From positions 1-64,000 of IMG/VR virus record IMGVR_UViG_3300028025_005797: DNA of 64,000 nt, one strand, 5' to 3'. Shown piece by piece: positions 1 through 12,446 of this stretch; position 1 is the first letter of the stretch, and every line of letters begins with the position of its first letter. The notes under the pieces are model-generated. The model did not search any database, was not told the origin of the DNA, and saw nothing but the letters and a program-made list of their open reading frames with translations. A program made the translations under genes and the position numbers. Source of the DNA: a virus.

Positions 1-1
1 C

Positions 2-1927
2 TGTTTTACTTATTGAATCAAAAAATAAAAACTCAGAATTAATATCACTGCTGTCATAAGAAATAATTGGTATCCAATCATTTTCTGAAGTTGGATTTTC
101 TTTTATCGAAATTGACAATTCATATGAGTTTGCTTCTTTAAGGTCGAAATCTGGAAGCGCTTTACTCTCATTAACTTTTTCTAAGTTTAACTTAGCTTTA
201 ACTGCTAATGGGTTTCCCTCTATTGGAATTTTAGCACTGATAAAGCAAGCTTTGTTGGTCGAAAAAGAGTTTGTTGCATTAGAAATTTGTCTTGTTTTAC
301 CAAACTGTACTCCCTTTAAAGAAAATGAATACATGTAATTCTCTACATTTTGATTTTTATTTCTTAACATATTTGTAGAATGGATATTTGATCCTGACAT
401 AATAGCATCATCTGAAAAGCTTACTAGATTTCTATCTAGGGAGTTTGAGTTCTTGCTTAAAATGCTCGGAGAGTTTCCAACTTTACTAAGAAATCCACCC
501 CTATTATTTATCTTGCTATCTGTAAATAGTGAATCATTGAATAACTTAAATCTGTCACCTAGTGTTTGTGACACTATATTTTTCACCATTACAGAAAGAT
601 GATTACTAGATGACAAACGATCTTCCTGGTCTAGCGATATTGAGTTGTTATTTTCGCTCAGGAAAGATTGTGATCCGACTTTACCAATTGGATACTTATA
701 TGTATAGTAGTCAGTGTATGCATAAGTATTTCTCTTTGCTTCGTCTATTGAATTAAATTTCCTAAAGTATTCTAAGACTATATCTTGAAGCTTGCTGTGA
801 TTGTTTTTTTTATTTTTTCTTATACCGTTTAACAATTCATTAATTAGCCTCGAAGATACCTCGTCTGAAGTTGGAGAAATGGTATTCTTCTTATACGTAC
901 TTTGGTTAAATATCAGTGTTATGCTTTTTACTTTATCTAAAGGAAAAGTAACATCTAATACAGAATTTATTTTTATTGGAGATAAAAGAATTTTCTTTTT
1001 CTCATAACCAGAACTAGGAACATTAGAATTACTTGAATAAATTCTTTCTGCTATATTTGCTGACTCTATAACAACCTGCATTAACTGTAGACCATCATAT
1101 TCATTTGGATTTATCCTGATTAAATCCATTTCAATTTCTTTTATAAAATTTATTGTCATCACGGTTTTAGCACCGACTATATAAGAATAGTCATAGTCTA
1201 TATTTTGAGAAAATGATGGTGGAATAGATGTCAATATTGTTGGTGACTGGACTGAGATATTCCATACATTCGACTGCTTTTCATTGAACAATGATTCGTA
1301 ATCAGTTATTGAAGAAATATATTGATTGTAGTTTGTTTCATAATCTACTGATTTCACAAAACCTATAGTGTTAATAAAATCAATACCATTACCAATTTTA
1401 AACTTTGAAACAATTGGATCAATAAATCCATTTCCATTTTCGTCAAAATTAGATCCACCTCTATCTACAAATGCAACTGGAGAATCATCATATGTATTTG
1501 ACTTTAAAAAATCATTAAAATTTTCTATATAAGAGTCATTATAAAGATCATCTTTTCCTGAGATAAAATCATAATTATTTATATAGTTTTCCAAAAGAGA
1601 AATATTGTTTTCTATTTTAGCTACTTGAGATGACATAACTTCAATCATTGAATTTAAAGACACGCTAATTGAATTAGATGCAGAAAAATATCTATCAAAT
1701 CTTATTTGTACATCTCTAAAAATATCAACAAAAAATTCAGATTCTATAATTGCTCTAGACCTCATTAGGGTCGGAGCAAAGTCTGCTCCTACGGAAAAAT
1801 TAGAAAGGCTTTTTACCAATTCTGATACTTGAGATTTATCAGCTTTAATACTTTTAATTAAATAGCCAACACTTTGCTGAGAGTTATCAGAAAACGTCTT
1901 AATTATACTAGGAAGAAAATTAATCAT
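2..1927 (-). CDS. Virion structural protein (baseplate/tail region), 3' end runs off the window
   Basis: Missing from the ORF track. Manual translation from ATG 1927 (TAATG overlap with the upstream stop) gives MINFLPSIIKTFSDN... open for 642 codons to the window edge. Confidence 0.75.
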   Translation of the reverse strand, partial: MINFLPSIIKTFSDNSQQSVGYLIKSIKADKSQVSELVKSLSNFSVGADFAPTLMRSRAIIESEFFVDIFRDVQIRFDRYFSASNSISVSLNSMIEVMSSQVAKIENNISLLENYINNYDFISGKDDLYNDSYIENFNDFLKSNTYDDSPVAFVDRGGSNFDENGNGFIDPIVSKFKIGNGIDFINTIGFVKSVDYETNYNQYISSITDYESLFNEKQSNVWNISVQSPTILTSIPPSFSQNIDYDYSYIVGAKTVMTINFIKEIEMDLIRINPNEYDGLQLMQVVIESANIAERIYSSNSNVPSSGYEKKKILLSPIKINSVLDVTFPLDKVKSITLIFNQSTYKKNTISPTSDEVSSRLINELLNGIRKNKKNNHSKLQDIVLEYFRKFNSIDEAKRNTYAYTDYYTYKYPIGKVGSQSFLSENNNSISLDQEDRLSSSNHLSVMVKNIVSQTLGDRFKLFNDSLFTDSKINNRGGFLSKVGNSPSILSKNSNSLDRNLVSFSDDAIMSGSNIHSTNMLRNKNQNVENYMYSFSLKGVQFGKTRQISNATNSFSTNKACFISAKIPIEGNPLAVKAKLNLEKVNESKALPDFDLKEANSYELSISIKENPTSENDWIPIISYDSSDINSEFLFFDSISKT

Positions 1928-4900
1928 TATAATACACCCCAATCATTTCCTTCCATGTCTTGTATCTTATACGCTACACCAGCAGTTATATTCTTACTTA
2001 TTATACTATACAATTCTGCTTCACTAGTAAAATTATCTAATACTTCTTTTGGCATTTTAATGATAATAAAGCCGCCCTTAGAATAAGCTTGCTGCTCAGG
2101 AGGATAAACGTCCCAGAAGGACGATGCTTCTTTAACGTCTTTAAATACCTTATTGATGTCAAGTGATCCATAAGATTGCACATCTATGGTCTTACCCATA
2201 GTAGCCTTTAATCCTCCACCTTTTAATCTTAAATCTTCAATAGCCAAATCTTTAACGTCTACAGAGTTTAATACGTGGACCAAACCTATTTGCAGAGAAA
2301 ATGGATCGTAGTTGACGCTATTGTATGGATCAAAAATAGAAGTATTATAAGTAAAATCTATAGGAGAATCATATACATAATCACTAACATAATCCCAAAC
2401 GTACCCATCCTGACTAGAGCTTCTAACTTCTATCCTAGTAGGCTTTATGTATATATGTAAAGGCTTTTCTGGTTCTACTATATTTTTATTAAGGAATGGG
2501 TTCAGGGGAATAACCCTACCATTAATCTGCTTAAGTGGAATACCATTTGACTTAGCTGTGTAACTAACTCTTATTAGCTCTGGATCACTTGTTATGGATG
2601 TAACAAAATCAACTATTCCAGTCTGACTATTTATATTTCTTATAAGGCTTGAATCTACTGTTGTCCATGGTGAGTCAACTGATTGTCTTGTCTGAAAGTC
2701 AACCCAATTAACAACTGATCCACATTCCATTTGTGAAGGCTCGACAAAAGTGGCTATAGGAACTTGCGTTAATTGATATCTTTTAGATGATAAAACTATT
2801 GGCGTTTCATCAATTACGGTAATATATGGCCTACCAGCAATCTGAGACCAAACTACGTTGCCCATATTTAAAGTAGAATATGTAGCTCTTAATACTTTTC
2901 CTGTATACTTTTCAGCCCAAGAAGTCCAACCGTAAGCTGGATCTATGTATATGTCCTTTGTAAAGGATCCAGATGTTATATACAATGGCCACTGTTGAAG
3001 CTTTGAAAGGTTTGGCGGAATAGATGATATTCCTATTCTTGATGATGGAACATATTCTATATTGTATATAGGACACGCCATCTTCACTGGTATAGAAGAA
3101 GGTATTATCTTTCCAGAAGTCTTTGGACCAAAAAAGTCTAATCCACTTCCAAGATTTCCATCAGCATCGACCGCCAATGCAGCTATGTATACATTTTCTG
3201 GACCTCTTGAAATGTAGTCTACATAATAAAGATTCGTTCCTAAAAATTCTTTTTTCTTATTGTCATAGAACCCATAAAGAAAACCACCGTCATCTCTAGC
3301 ATTATTTGTTAATATAAAAGATCCATAATCTGTATTAAACTCTCGATCAGTAGAAAGAGTATTCACAAAAGATTGTAGTTCTATACCATATGGTTTGCCA
3401 ACTTTATCTGGGTCTAAACTTGGTTGAGTTAAAAGAACTAAACCATCTAGAACAGAAATTGCGTTTTTTGCAGACTTTATTATTGAACCATCTGTTTTCA
3501 TTAACCAGTAATTATCTAAAAGTTTTTCAGCACTTTTGATTACGTTTGAGTTTTCATATATAAGAGATGAGGTTTCAAAAACTAATCTATTAGAAGAAAT
3601 ACTTAGATTTAAATCTGAACTACTTACTGGGTTTCCAGTTATAGAAACAACATTAGCCGCAGCAAAAGTGTTTGAGTCTATTGAAACTGTTTTAGTTTGC
3701 GTTAAGTTTATTGATATAGATTCATCTTTATATTGAGGCTCTAAGTTAGAATCGGAATAAGGAGTAAATGGTGGACTATATGAAGTGCTACTAAAATTAA
3801 TTGTAGTGTTCGATAAGTCTAGTGTCTTCTCTCCAGACCATGTAGGATATGTTATAGATACTGGAGTTGTTGCGTACTTAGTGGACTTAACACCATTTAG
3901 ATCTATAATCTCAGCTTTGTTTGGAGATATACCAGTAACTGATCCAGCTACATTAAACTTTATTTCTACTGGAGCAGTGATCGTATCTAATCTATATCCG
4001 CTTTCAATTATTGTTTCAGCATTGAAGTTATCTATTGTCCAGCCAATTTCAAATGTTACTTGAGCTAAAGAATAACCTTCGGCAAATGTTCCAAACTTTC
4101 CACCCAATGTGCCTCCGTTAAATTGGAAAGCAAAGAACATGCACTCTGACATAGGCCTATTTACCTCTATTGTAAATTCCTTTGTTGTATACCCAGCGGC
4201 ACCTTTGACCACTCGTGCACCAGCTAAGTCTACCCCAGAATAGACTAATGCTTGCTTAAGGGCTATTCCCTTATAATCTGGTGCTCCAGCAAATGTTCCA
4301 GGTTTGATTGTTACGGACTTAAGTACTTGATTCTTTAAATCCTGTTGTGTTATTCCATTAAATGGAATTTGATCAAATGGAACCGCAAGAAATATTGAAT
4401 CTATTAATCTCTTAGGACCAGACTGTCCAGTAAAAGTTATCTTTCTATAATTCCAATCTCTATTAGGAAGATCAGGTAACTCTATTGCATCTGCAGCTGC
4501 CGTAACATACTTGACAACTGTTGGATTATTTGCTTGCAATCTAGATACTATTGAACTATAACGGGTTGGATCAGAATTTTTTATGGATTTCCAAACGTGA
4601 ATTGCGATTGATGCTTTAGTTTCGCTATCAACTGTTCCGTTTACGAACCTAGTATCGACTGATGTTTGAAAAGCTAAAACAGCACTTCTCGTATTTGCTT
4701 CAAACTTCCCACTTAATTCTGGAAGTTTTCCGGCAACTAATATTCCAGCTTCTCTCATGCTTATTTGTATATACTTAATATATTCAGCAAGCATACCTGG
4801 TTTACCCACCCCATATGCTCCAATTATATTTCCGGCTTGTATATCTCCCGTATATAAAAAGTTATTAACTGGATCGTTATTATTTATCCCCTGCCTATAA

Positions 4901-7653
4901 GCATCAATTCTATCTGCTCCAGAAAATGCTGCATCAGTTTCAAATATAGCAGTTAACGGAATGTCATCATCTAATCGCCTAGAACCAGGTGGAAAAACGT
5001 CTTCATATCTTGCCTGTCTCGATAGTGTTGCAGTATATTCCGCAGTCATTACCGCTGACCAATTTGCATTAAAACTTAACGCAGACTCACTTGATTGATT
5101 ATATGAATTAAAAATAGAAAAATTAAACGTATAATTTTTATATGTATTAGATGAAGATATCGAACTAGAAAGTCCATCATTTATTTCTTTAGTTGATGAT
5201 CTATATAGTCTTTCCCTTATAACGTAAGGACCAAAGCCGCCAGGCACAGTGAACTGAGCTGATGGTGAATCAGTGTAAGCGTATACAGGTCCAGTAATAT
5301 TATCGTTATTTACCTTAAATAAACTATAAGAAGTTGGTATCTCTGTACCACTTCGTACAACGTCTATATAAACACGATTTCCACCTTTTATCGGAGTAGC
5401 GTTTGCAATTTCTACGTCATCGTTTGTTACTTCTATATAAAATTCTAGATTACTAGAATCAATTTCTTGCAAAGAAATACTATGCTGATCAGCTAAAAAG
5501 TCATAAATAGATTTTTTATAAAATTCTAATATTGAAGAATTACTTGGAATTAAATTTCTTGCATACTTTGAGATTCCAACTGCATCTTGATTATTTACCT
5601 TAATTAGGGAATATATTTCTTTTTTCTCATCTTCTAATAAAACATTTCCATTTAACACATATGAAGATTGCCAATTTGACACCTGATAATACATTGACGA
5701 TCTTAGATCTTTAACCTTAGTCGAAAATACTCTATTCAATAATGCCACCGAACACGCATTGTACAGCAGTTTCATTGGCCCTTCTATTGCTGCCACAGCA
5801 GTAAAAGTAGCTTGGACTATATTAGTTGGACCATTGTTGCTCGTCGCTATATCAAAAATAGAAGATGGTTGATATATGTCATTGCAATACTTAAGCATGG
5901 GTGTAGTTGTGGCAAGTAGTGCGCCTTTAGATAGTGAATCAGTAGATGGGATAAACTCTAAACTAACGAATACTGGCTTGCTTCTAGAATTGCTTAACAC
6001 AACATTATTGGCTGCAATAGTTCCGGTAAATTCTCTTACTGTTTTTTTAGTTGTAAGATCCGAAAGATTACTTCTTCCAAATATTGAGTACACATTATAA
6101 CTAGTGCTGTCTACAGTCAGTGTTTCAAAAATGCCTGGATTAATTGGCCAAGCATTGGTTTTATCTTCATCAAGAAAAATATTTTCCTGATTATAAGTCC
6201 ATGTGTCTAGCGGATACTCCTGAGTGCTAACTGACAAGGATGGATCTATTGATTGTGCGCCAGTATAATCGAGCGCCTGTGTTGTAACAACAGAAAGTTT
6301 TGATAGATCTAATACCAATGTTCCCTGAGTCTGCTCTAGATACTTCTTGAGCTTTAAACCTTGTTCTGTAGTTATTGGAGAACTAGGAGTCCAGGTTACT
6401 ATGTCGTACAAAGAAAGTTGATCATCAGTAACTTTGTCTACATTCAATAGCCAATACATTGCTTGATTTTTTCCGTATTGATTACTAAATTCCGATAATG
6501 GGTTTGCGTATGTATATTTAGATACGTTAAACGGAGATTGCTCTAGTCTTAAAAAGGCGTAAGGATTTGCTGCGCCGAAATCATTAGATTGCTCCATGCC
6601 AGACATCTGTGCTGTTGTTGATAATACCGCACAGTTAATTACCTTTTGTTTTATAGAACTTTCTTTACCTATTTCTTCACCATTATTTATAGAGGAAACG
6701 TCAACGGATCTTTTAACTTTAGTTATTAACCTCCAGTTAAAAGATTCGTAAGTTCTATTATCTGATAAAGCTTTTTTAGGAACAAAAATTTCAAAACCTT
6801 CTGCTCTGGCATTTGTGCTATTAATTAAATTATTTTTTGCAGTAATTGATTTTTTGCTATATATTTTCTTTGACCTTGAAGAGTTGTCTACAACAATTGA
6901 TTCTTCTCCAACTCTATTAAAGATACTAACTGTATTAATATTTTCTTTATATTGAGGAACTGTTGAAGATATTGATTCAGTTGAGGATAACACAACCTTG
7001 TCATAGACTAATGATAAGTCTACGGGAGATGGACTATCAAATAAAACTATTATTTTAGAAGGAATATTTAATCTATTTGAATAGACAGGTAGATCTAATT
7101 CTTCAATTAATATTCTATATTTTTTTAAACCAGTAGATTGATCTACATATTCAAAACCATTTTTATCAATAACTTTAATTGATTTTGGAACACTGGACTC
7201 TAACAAGAAATCATCCAATCCATCATATCCATAAGAGCTTCTTGGGATGAGCGTGTAGTATCTAGAAACATAAAACGAATGAACAAATCCATTCTTTTGA
7301 ATATCTCCAATATAATATTTTTTATCTAATGCCTGCGCATTTAAGAACACATCACTTACGCTAATGTCATCTGAATCAAATACCGTATAACCATCTGAGT
7401 CCTCTAGTATTCCTAGTTCATTAGCAAAAACTACTTTATTTTTTGCAGATCTATTTGAAGCATTTATATTTGAAGAGTATGAATTTTCTGGTATAAAATT
7501 AGAAAGATCCGTTACTGAAATATTGTTTCCTGGAGTTACTGGTTTTGAATCAAACCAAGCTAAAGCGGTTGAAGAATCATCTAGTGGTAGATTATTTACT
7601 TTTCTTATCTTTTTTTGACTACTGTTGTCAATGTTTAAGTTAAATTTATCCAC
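1927..7653 (-). CDS. Large virion/baseplate structural protein (1908 aa) with an internal peptidoglycan-binding-like domain
   Basis: Long ORF with GTG start. The segment YIKYIQISMREAG...GKFEANTRSAVLAFQ...NGTVDSET resembles PG_binding_1. Lies in the baseplate module. Confidence 0.7.
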   Translation of the reverse strand: MDKFNLNIDNSSQKKIRKVNNLPLDDSSTALAWFDSKPVTPGNNISVTDLSNFIPENSYSSNINASNRSAKNKVVFANELGILEDSDGYTVFDSDDISVSDVFLNAQALDKKYYIGDIQKNGFVHSFYVSRYYTLIPRSSYGYDGLDDFLLESSVPKSIKVIDKNGFEYVDQSTGLKKYRILIEELDLPVYSNRLNIPSKIIVLFDSPSPVDLSLVYDKVVLSSTESISSTVPQYKENINTVSIFNRVGEESIVVDNSSRSKKIYSKKSITAKNNLINSTNARAEGFEIFVPKKALSDNRTYESFNWRLITKVKRSVDVSSINNGEEIGKESSIKQKVINCAVLSTTAQMSGMEQSNDFGAANPYAFLRLEQSPFNVSKYTYANPLSEFSNQYGKNQAMYWLLNVDKVTDDQLSLYDIVTWTPSSPITTEQGLKLKKYLEQTQGTLVLDLSKLSVVTTQALDYTGAQSIDPSLSVSTQEYPLDTWTYNQENIFLDEDKTNAWPINPGIFETLTVDSTSYNVYSIFGRSNLSDLTTKKTVREFTGTIAANNVVLSNSRSKPVFVSLEFIPSTDSLSKGALLATTTPMLKYCNDIYQPSSIFDIATSNNGPTNIVQATFTAVAAIEGPMKLLYNACSVALLNRVFSTKVKDLRSSMYYQVSNWQSSYVLNGNVLLEDEKKEIYSLIKVNNQDAVGISKYARNLIPSNSSILEFYKKSIYDFLADQHSISLQEIDSSNLEFYIEVTNDDVEIANATPIKGGNRVYIDVVRSGTEIPTSYSLFKVNNDNITGPVYAYTDSPSAQFTVPGGFGPYVIRERLYRSSTKEINDGLSSSISSSNTYKNYTFNFSIFNSYNQSSESALSFNANWSAVMTAEYTATLSRQARYEDVFPPGSRRLDDDIPLTAIFETDAAFSGADRIDAYRQGINNNDPVNNFLYTGDIQAGNIIGAYGVGKPGMLAEYIKYIQISMREAGILVAGKLPELSGKFEANTRSAVLAFQTSVDTRFVNGTVDSETKASIAIHVWKSIKNSDPTRYSSIVSRLQANNPTVVKYVTAAADAIELPDLPNRDWNYRKITFTGQSGPKRLIDSIFLAVPFDQIPFNGITQQDLKNQVLKSVTIKPGTFAGAPDYKGIALKQALVYSGVDLAGARVVKGAAGYTTKEFTIEVNRPMSECMFFAFQFNGGTLGGKFGTFAEGYSLAQVTFEIGWTIDNFNAETIIESGYRLDTITAPVEIKFNVAGSVTGISPNKAEIIDLNGVKSTKYATTPVSITYPTWSGEKTLDLSNTTINFSSTSYSPPFTPYSDSNLEPQYKDESISINLTQTKTVSIDSNTFAAANVVSITGNPVSSSDLNLSISSNRLVFETSSLIYENSNVIKSAEKLLDNYWLMKTDGSIIKSAKNAISVLDGLVLLTQPSLDPDKVGKPYGIELQSFVNTLSTDREFNTDYGSFILTNNARDDGGFLYGFYDNKKKEFLGTNLYYVDYISRGPENVYIAALAVDADGNLGSGLDFFGPKTSGKIIPSSIPVKMACPIYNIEYVPSSRIGISSIPPNLSKLQQWPLYITSGSFTKDIYIDPAYGWTSWAEKYTGKVLRATYSTLNMGNVVWSQIAGRPYITVIDETPIVLSSKRYQLTQVPIATFVEPSQMECGSVVNWVDFQTRQSVDSPWTTVDSSLIRNINSQTGIVDFVTSITSDPELIRVSYTAKSNGIPLKQINGRVIPLNPFLNKNIVEPEKPLHIYIKPTRIEVRSSSQDGYVWDYVSDYVYDSPIDFTYNTSIFDPYNSVNYDPFSLQIGLVHVLNSVDVKDLAIEDLRLKGGGLKATMGKTIDVQSYGSLDINKVFKDVKEASSFWDVYPPEQQAYSKGGFIIIKMPKEVLDNFTSEAELYSIISKNITAGVAYKIQDMEGNDWGVL

Positions 7654-7655
7654 AA

Positions 7656-10600
7656 TTAATCCTCGTAATCCTTTATTAAGTTAGAATAATCTGAAATAAC
7701 ATATGGGGTTGCACCAAAATATCCAGCTTGGTACTGATCGTATCTTGGAATTGGTAGCCACTGTGGTGGTGTCCATCTAGGTGTTGATCCAGTATTATCT
7801 ACTATATTTTCATTATAGTAACTAATTCTAAACGTTGGAGTAGAATATATATTCAATGATTTATTAATATCATAATTAATTATATCAGGTATTTTTAGGC
7901 CTGGTACATAATTTATATCTACGTTATCATAAGATTCGTACCAAAACAAAACATCGCCAACTGATGTATTTGGAGTTAAAGATGGAGTTGAACTTAATTC
8001 AGAATCAACAGCCATAAACCAATACCCAGGAGTTGCTCTTTCCTGAGAAGGAATTGGGCCTATTTCAAATTTTCCATTATCGTCAGTATATACTATGCCT
8101 GAAATACTATTCTTATCTGGCTTTAAAGTAGAAGTACTATAAGATATATCATTCAGAGTCGAATATAGATATCTAGATTTCCTCCAGTAAACTACACTAT
8201 TTTTACTTGGTGCGTTGTTGGCTGTTAATATTCCGGATACAGTTGTAGATGATACTCCGTCGGCATTAATGATGTTTGGGTTGGCTGAGGCTAATAGTGC
8301 TGCATCTTCGACTTTTGATGAATACACTGAAATCCACTCAAGGATAAAGAACCCACTAGTTTCACTATCTGGATGCGCTAATGGATTACTCGCGTGCACA
8401 ATTCCGTCAATCCTAATTATAGCTAAAGTACTCTCGATAATACTTCCACTTTGATAGACTGCATTTACGGATGCAAAGCCTTCATCGTCTGTAGTTATTA
8501 TATTGCTATCAAAAGCTAACTGATGTAATTGAGAAGAAAGACTAAAGCTTTGATACGGTTTTGGATTTCCTTCAGTATCTAAGGAGATTATGCTTATGGT
8601 TATATAATCATTTCCGTCGTCTAGAATGTAACCCGGTGAGATATATGTTTTTATTCTATCAAAATCATAAGTTGCACTTGATGCAATTACGTAACCCTTT
8701 TCTAAGAGTGAACTTGTCTGTCCAAAATTTAAATCAAGTGGTGTTGAGTTTTCATATATTGAAGATTCATATATTATTTCATAATTCATTGTAGCATTAG
8801 GTGTGGCATCGAATACTATCTTCGAGTAATATGAAGAGTCACTAAGAATATTATCTATGTAATATGAATTAACGACTTTATATTTTATATAATAGTCTCT
8901 ATTTTTCTTAAATTCATATGTAGATTTATTCAATCTAATAAATGAATCATCTGTTGAAAGATTGCTTAACAAAACTTCGCCAGTGTAACCGTCTGTTATT
9001 GAAAGATCATAAACATTTTTATAGCCAAGATAGAAACTATTATCAAATCTAGGTTGTAAAACTTCTGTATTATAAAATCCAAAATGTCTTGGAGAAGACT
9101 CATCTGCAAATCCTACCTCGGTGTAGATTTCAGGAGTTGCTGAACCAAGCAGGGACACACTCACCATTACTGGAGCACCTTGCCTAGGTATATTATTAAG
9201 TGTTAATTCTTTTAACACTCCAGTTTTGACTTCTGTTACTGGTTTAGCATAGACATAGTATTCATTATTGTCTAGGTGAATCCAGCCAGTATTGATTCTG
9301 GCATCCAGTCTTGCGTCGTACAGTTTTCCTCTAACTATAAAGTTATTAAATACCGTAGTGTTTCTTTCTAAATCGTATGATTCAGAAATTGAATTATCTG
9401 GATATCTTAAACTCTTTGTGGTGTATTCAATGTCTTCATAAATACTGGAAATACTATCAGTATTTAATACATACGTTCTATTCAAAAAAGGATTAACTAT
9501 TTTTTGTTCTGACCAAACTGATACATTTACAGACTCTGGATCCAGAACTTCAATTGTTTCAAAGAAATATTTAAACTTTTCAGAACCAGATAATCCAAAA
9601 CCTTCTCTTGTTAATTCTGGTAATGAAATATAATTAGTATTTTTTCCTGGGACATATTCACCATTTATGGCGTTATAACTAATTACTCCATATTCGTCAA
9701 CGTATCCAGAGACAGGAGAAGCATGTGTTAGCTCAAAAGGATCCCAGTCAACTATCTCAAATGGATAGATTGAACTATCTTGAGTTGATACAGTAAGCGA
9801 ATTTGGAGTACTAGTATATGGGTAATTAAGTTGAGTAAAGTAATATGATGCAGTTGCGGCAGATCCATTTACTGTAGTTGTGCCAATTTTAGCATTTGAG
9901 CTAGGAGTCGCAAGATTTGAGCTATTAAAATTTATCTTGATATTAGGAGAAGAAGGAATGAATACTTCTCTATCGGTTTCTAGATAATATGAAACACCAC
10001 CATAGCCAGAGAAAACTGAATTGTCATCAAAGTAATCCAAGTCTGCATTTACTGGTTTTAAATTTTTTATAAATACTTGCCTTGGAGTTGCACCAACTGG
10101 CATTATAATATTAGATACTATTCTGTCGTGATCGATTGGATAGTTATTTGGCGGTGTAGCAACGTTGTTGATAATAATTTCAGACTCTTGTGGGGTTGTA
10201 TACTTGGTTACCTGAACTGGATTGTACAATTTTGAAAGAATTTGAAGTTGTGTACTCTGAGAAAAGTTTGGTGTTGCCGATAGCATTATTGTACTACTTG
10301 TTAGATTTGCAGTCCTGTGAGAAAACTTTGCTTCAAAGTTATCAGAGTTTGGAGTTGCGTAAGTTGAGCCATTCCATAATCCATTTTTAATAACAATGTT
10401 TTGTATCTCAGATACTTCTAATCTAGATGTATTGATTGAGCTTTTTGTATCCTTATATCCAGATAATGTTTGTTTTTCTTTTAATGAATATTTTGATGAA
10501 ACATATCCCTCTGTATCAAATATTTCCACAGCATTATATTCTGGGTAAGCTGAGTGGGTTGGGGTAAAATTATTTTTTGGATAGAACGTAAGAGGTGCAA

Positions 10601-12435
10601 AAAACGTTGTTGGTGTTGCATATGACCCATGTGGGGTAGCACTAAATTCAAGAGTTAAATTCACAGTAGCTGCTGGATTATCGTATTCAGTAATCTCATA
10701 TGAACCGTAATATTCATACTGAAGCTTTACTGGCTCGTACTTTAGGGAAGTGCTAATATTTTTTTTACCCTTAGCTACTATTGAAGTTTCAAAGAACTGA
10801 GGAGTCGCATCATAGTTAGTGACCAATAATCCAGCATCATCTAGATCTCCAACTCCTGGCTGATAATATGGAATGGCAACTTCATCATCATAATATCTTG
10901 AACGAATTCTATTAACACCTTCGTTATTCTCTCCAGCATAGTCCCAGATGCTGTCTCCAAATCTAAAGTATCCCCAGTTGGTAGGATATCTAACGTTTAA
11001 GTCTTCTACTAATTTTTTAAACAAATCAGTTGGATTACCATCTGCAGTAAAGTAAGGAGTAGAATACTCAATGTCTGATATTTCTAATATCTCTGGAGTA
11101 GCGCCAACGTATGATGATGAGGGCTCTACGCCAAAAGTCTTCCAAAGATTTAACTCTCTTCTAAGAACTTTTTTAAATGATTCTATATCAGCGCCATTTG
11201 GATTTTTGAATACATCTAGAATTCTTTCCTTATAGGAAGCATTTGACTCAAGATGCATTCTAAATAGGCCAACTCTTGCACCCATCTCATCAAACCAATT
11301 GTATTTTAATATTGGGGTTTGAGTTAATGGAGTTGAGATTCCAGTATTCTCACTCTTTATTGAAAGACCTACATACTCTTTTAGAGTTAAAATTTCTCTA
11401 TTCAAAGGATTGTGATAAAAAACATCATCAGTTGGTTTTGATTTATAAAAATCAACAAGATTATCTACCCTAGCTAATTCTAAAAACTCATTACCCAACA
11501 CTTTATTAAATACATTAGTTACATTTGTAGAAGAATATAACCAAGTTAGCTGATTAACATCAGCTCTTTCTATAAAAGAGTTGATTCTAAATAAATCTAT
11601 TTCTCTATCAAAATTATCTAAGTCTTCGCCAATAACTGCATTTAAAAATTTTCCAGCTGTTGATTTTGGTATATATAGACTAGGCGTAGCCTGATCCATT
11701 GAGTCTTCGTACAAATGCATCCAAGAAGGAAATCTTCCTAAAACATTTTTTACCGAACGCGAAAGTACCGGATTAGAAGGTTCTGATATGGCTACTTCTA
11801 GTATAAGAAGAAAACTTAAAGAAGTTAATACTTCTAATTCTGTATTTACTACTACTTCAAATTTCGCATAACGCTTTACATCTTTTGATAAAAGTATAGA
11901 ACCCAGAGCATTAGAGGTAGTAGTTACTGCTAAAAGCCATGGTCCGATTTTGACTATCAGATTCGTATATATTTAGATCAAATGTAATTGATTCAACACT
12001 ATTTAAAGAGCTTGAAAAAGCTCCTTTAAAAGTTCTTATATCAATACGAGATGTTGTATCTATGAACCTATATAGGTAGTCTTCTGTTTCATCTGCAGTA
12101 AATATTGGTGTTGAATCAGCGTCTGGACTAAATACAAAACTGTCACCACTAACTGAATCAGAATTAAAATATAGGTGTGGACTTACACCAGGATCAAGAT
12201 AAAGTTCACCAGTATCAGTAACCGCATAAGCGCCTTCTATGGTTGGCGTTGCACCTTGTATTTCATTAGTTCCAGTGTAGATGTAATCACCTAATGAATT
12301 TAAACCATTTGCTGACCTGGTATATGAAAAGTTTTTATAAAACCTATTTGAATAAAGGTCAATTACACTGGAGGTCCACAAATTACCACTCTTCGTGAAG
12401 TCTCCAGTGTTAAAGCTTAACAAATAGGTTTTCAT
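7656..12435 (-). CDS. Baseplate wedge/tail protein, about 1592 aa after one +1 shift at CGGA 11946; C-terminal Ig-like segments
   Basis: ORFs 11911-12435 and 7656-11720 join as ...DSQN-[c]GGA-PWLLAVTTTSNALG...GRFPSWMHLYEDS. FDEMGARVGLFR..ESNASYKERI resembles wedge (gpI-like) proteins. ASANPNIINADGVSSTTV is Ig/invasin-like. Confidence 0.7.
11943..11946 (-). other. +1 recoding site 1: AAT CGG A
   Basis: In-frame CGG at codon 164. The zero frame stops 11 codons later; the +1 frame is open to 7656. Confidence 0.8.
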
Positions 12436-12446
12436 CTATTAAACTC

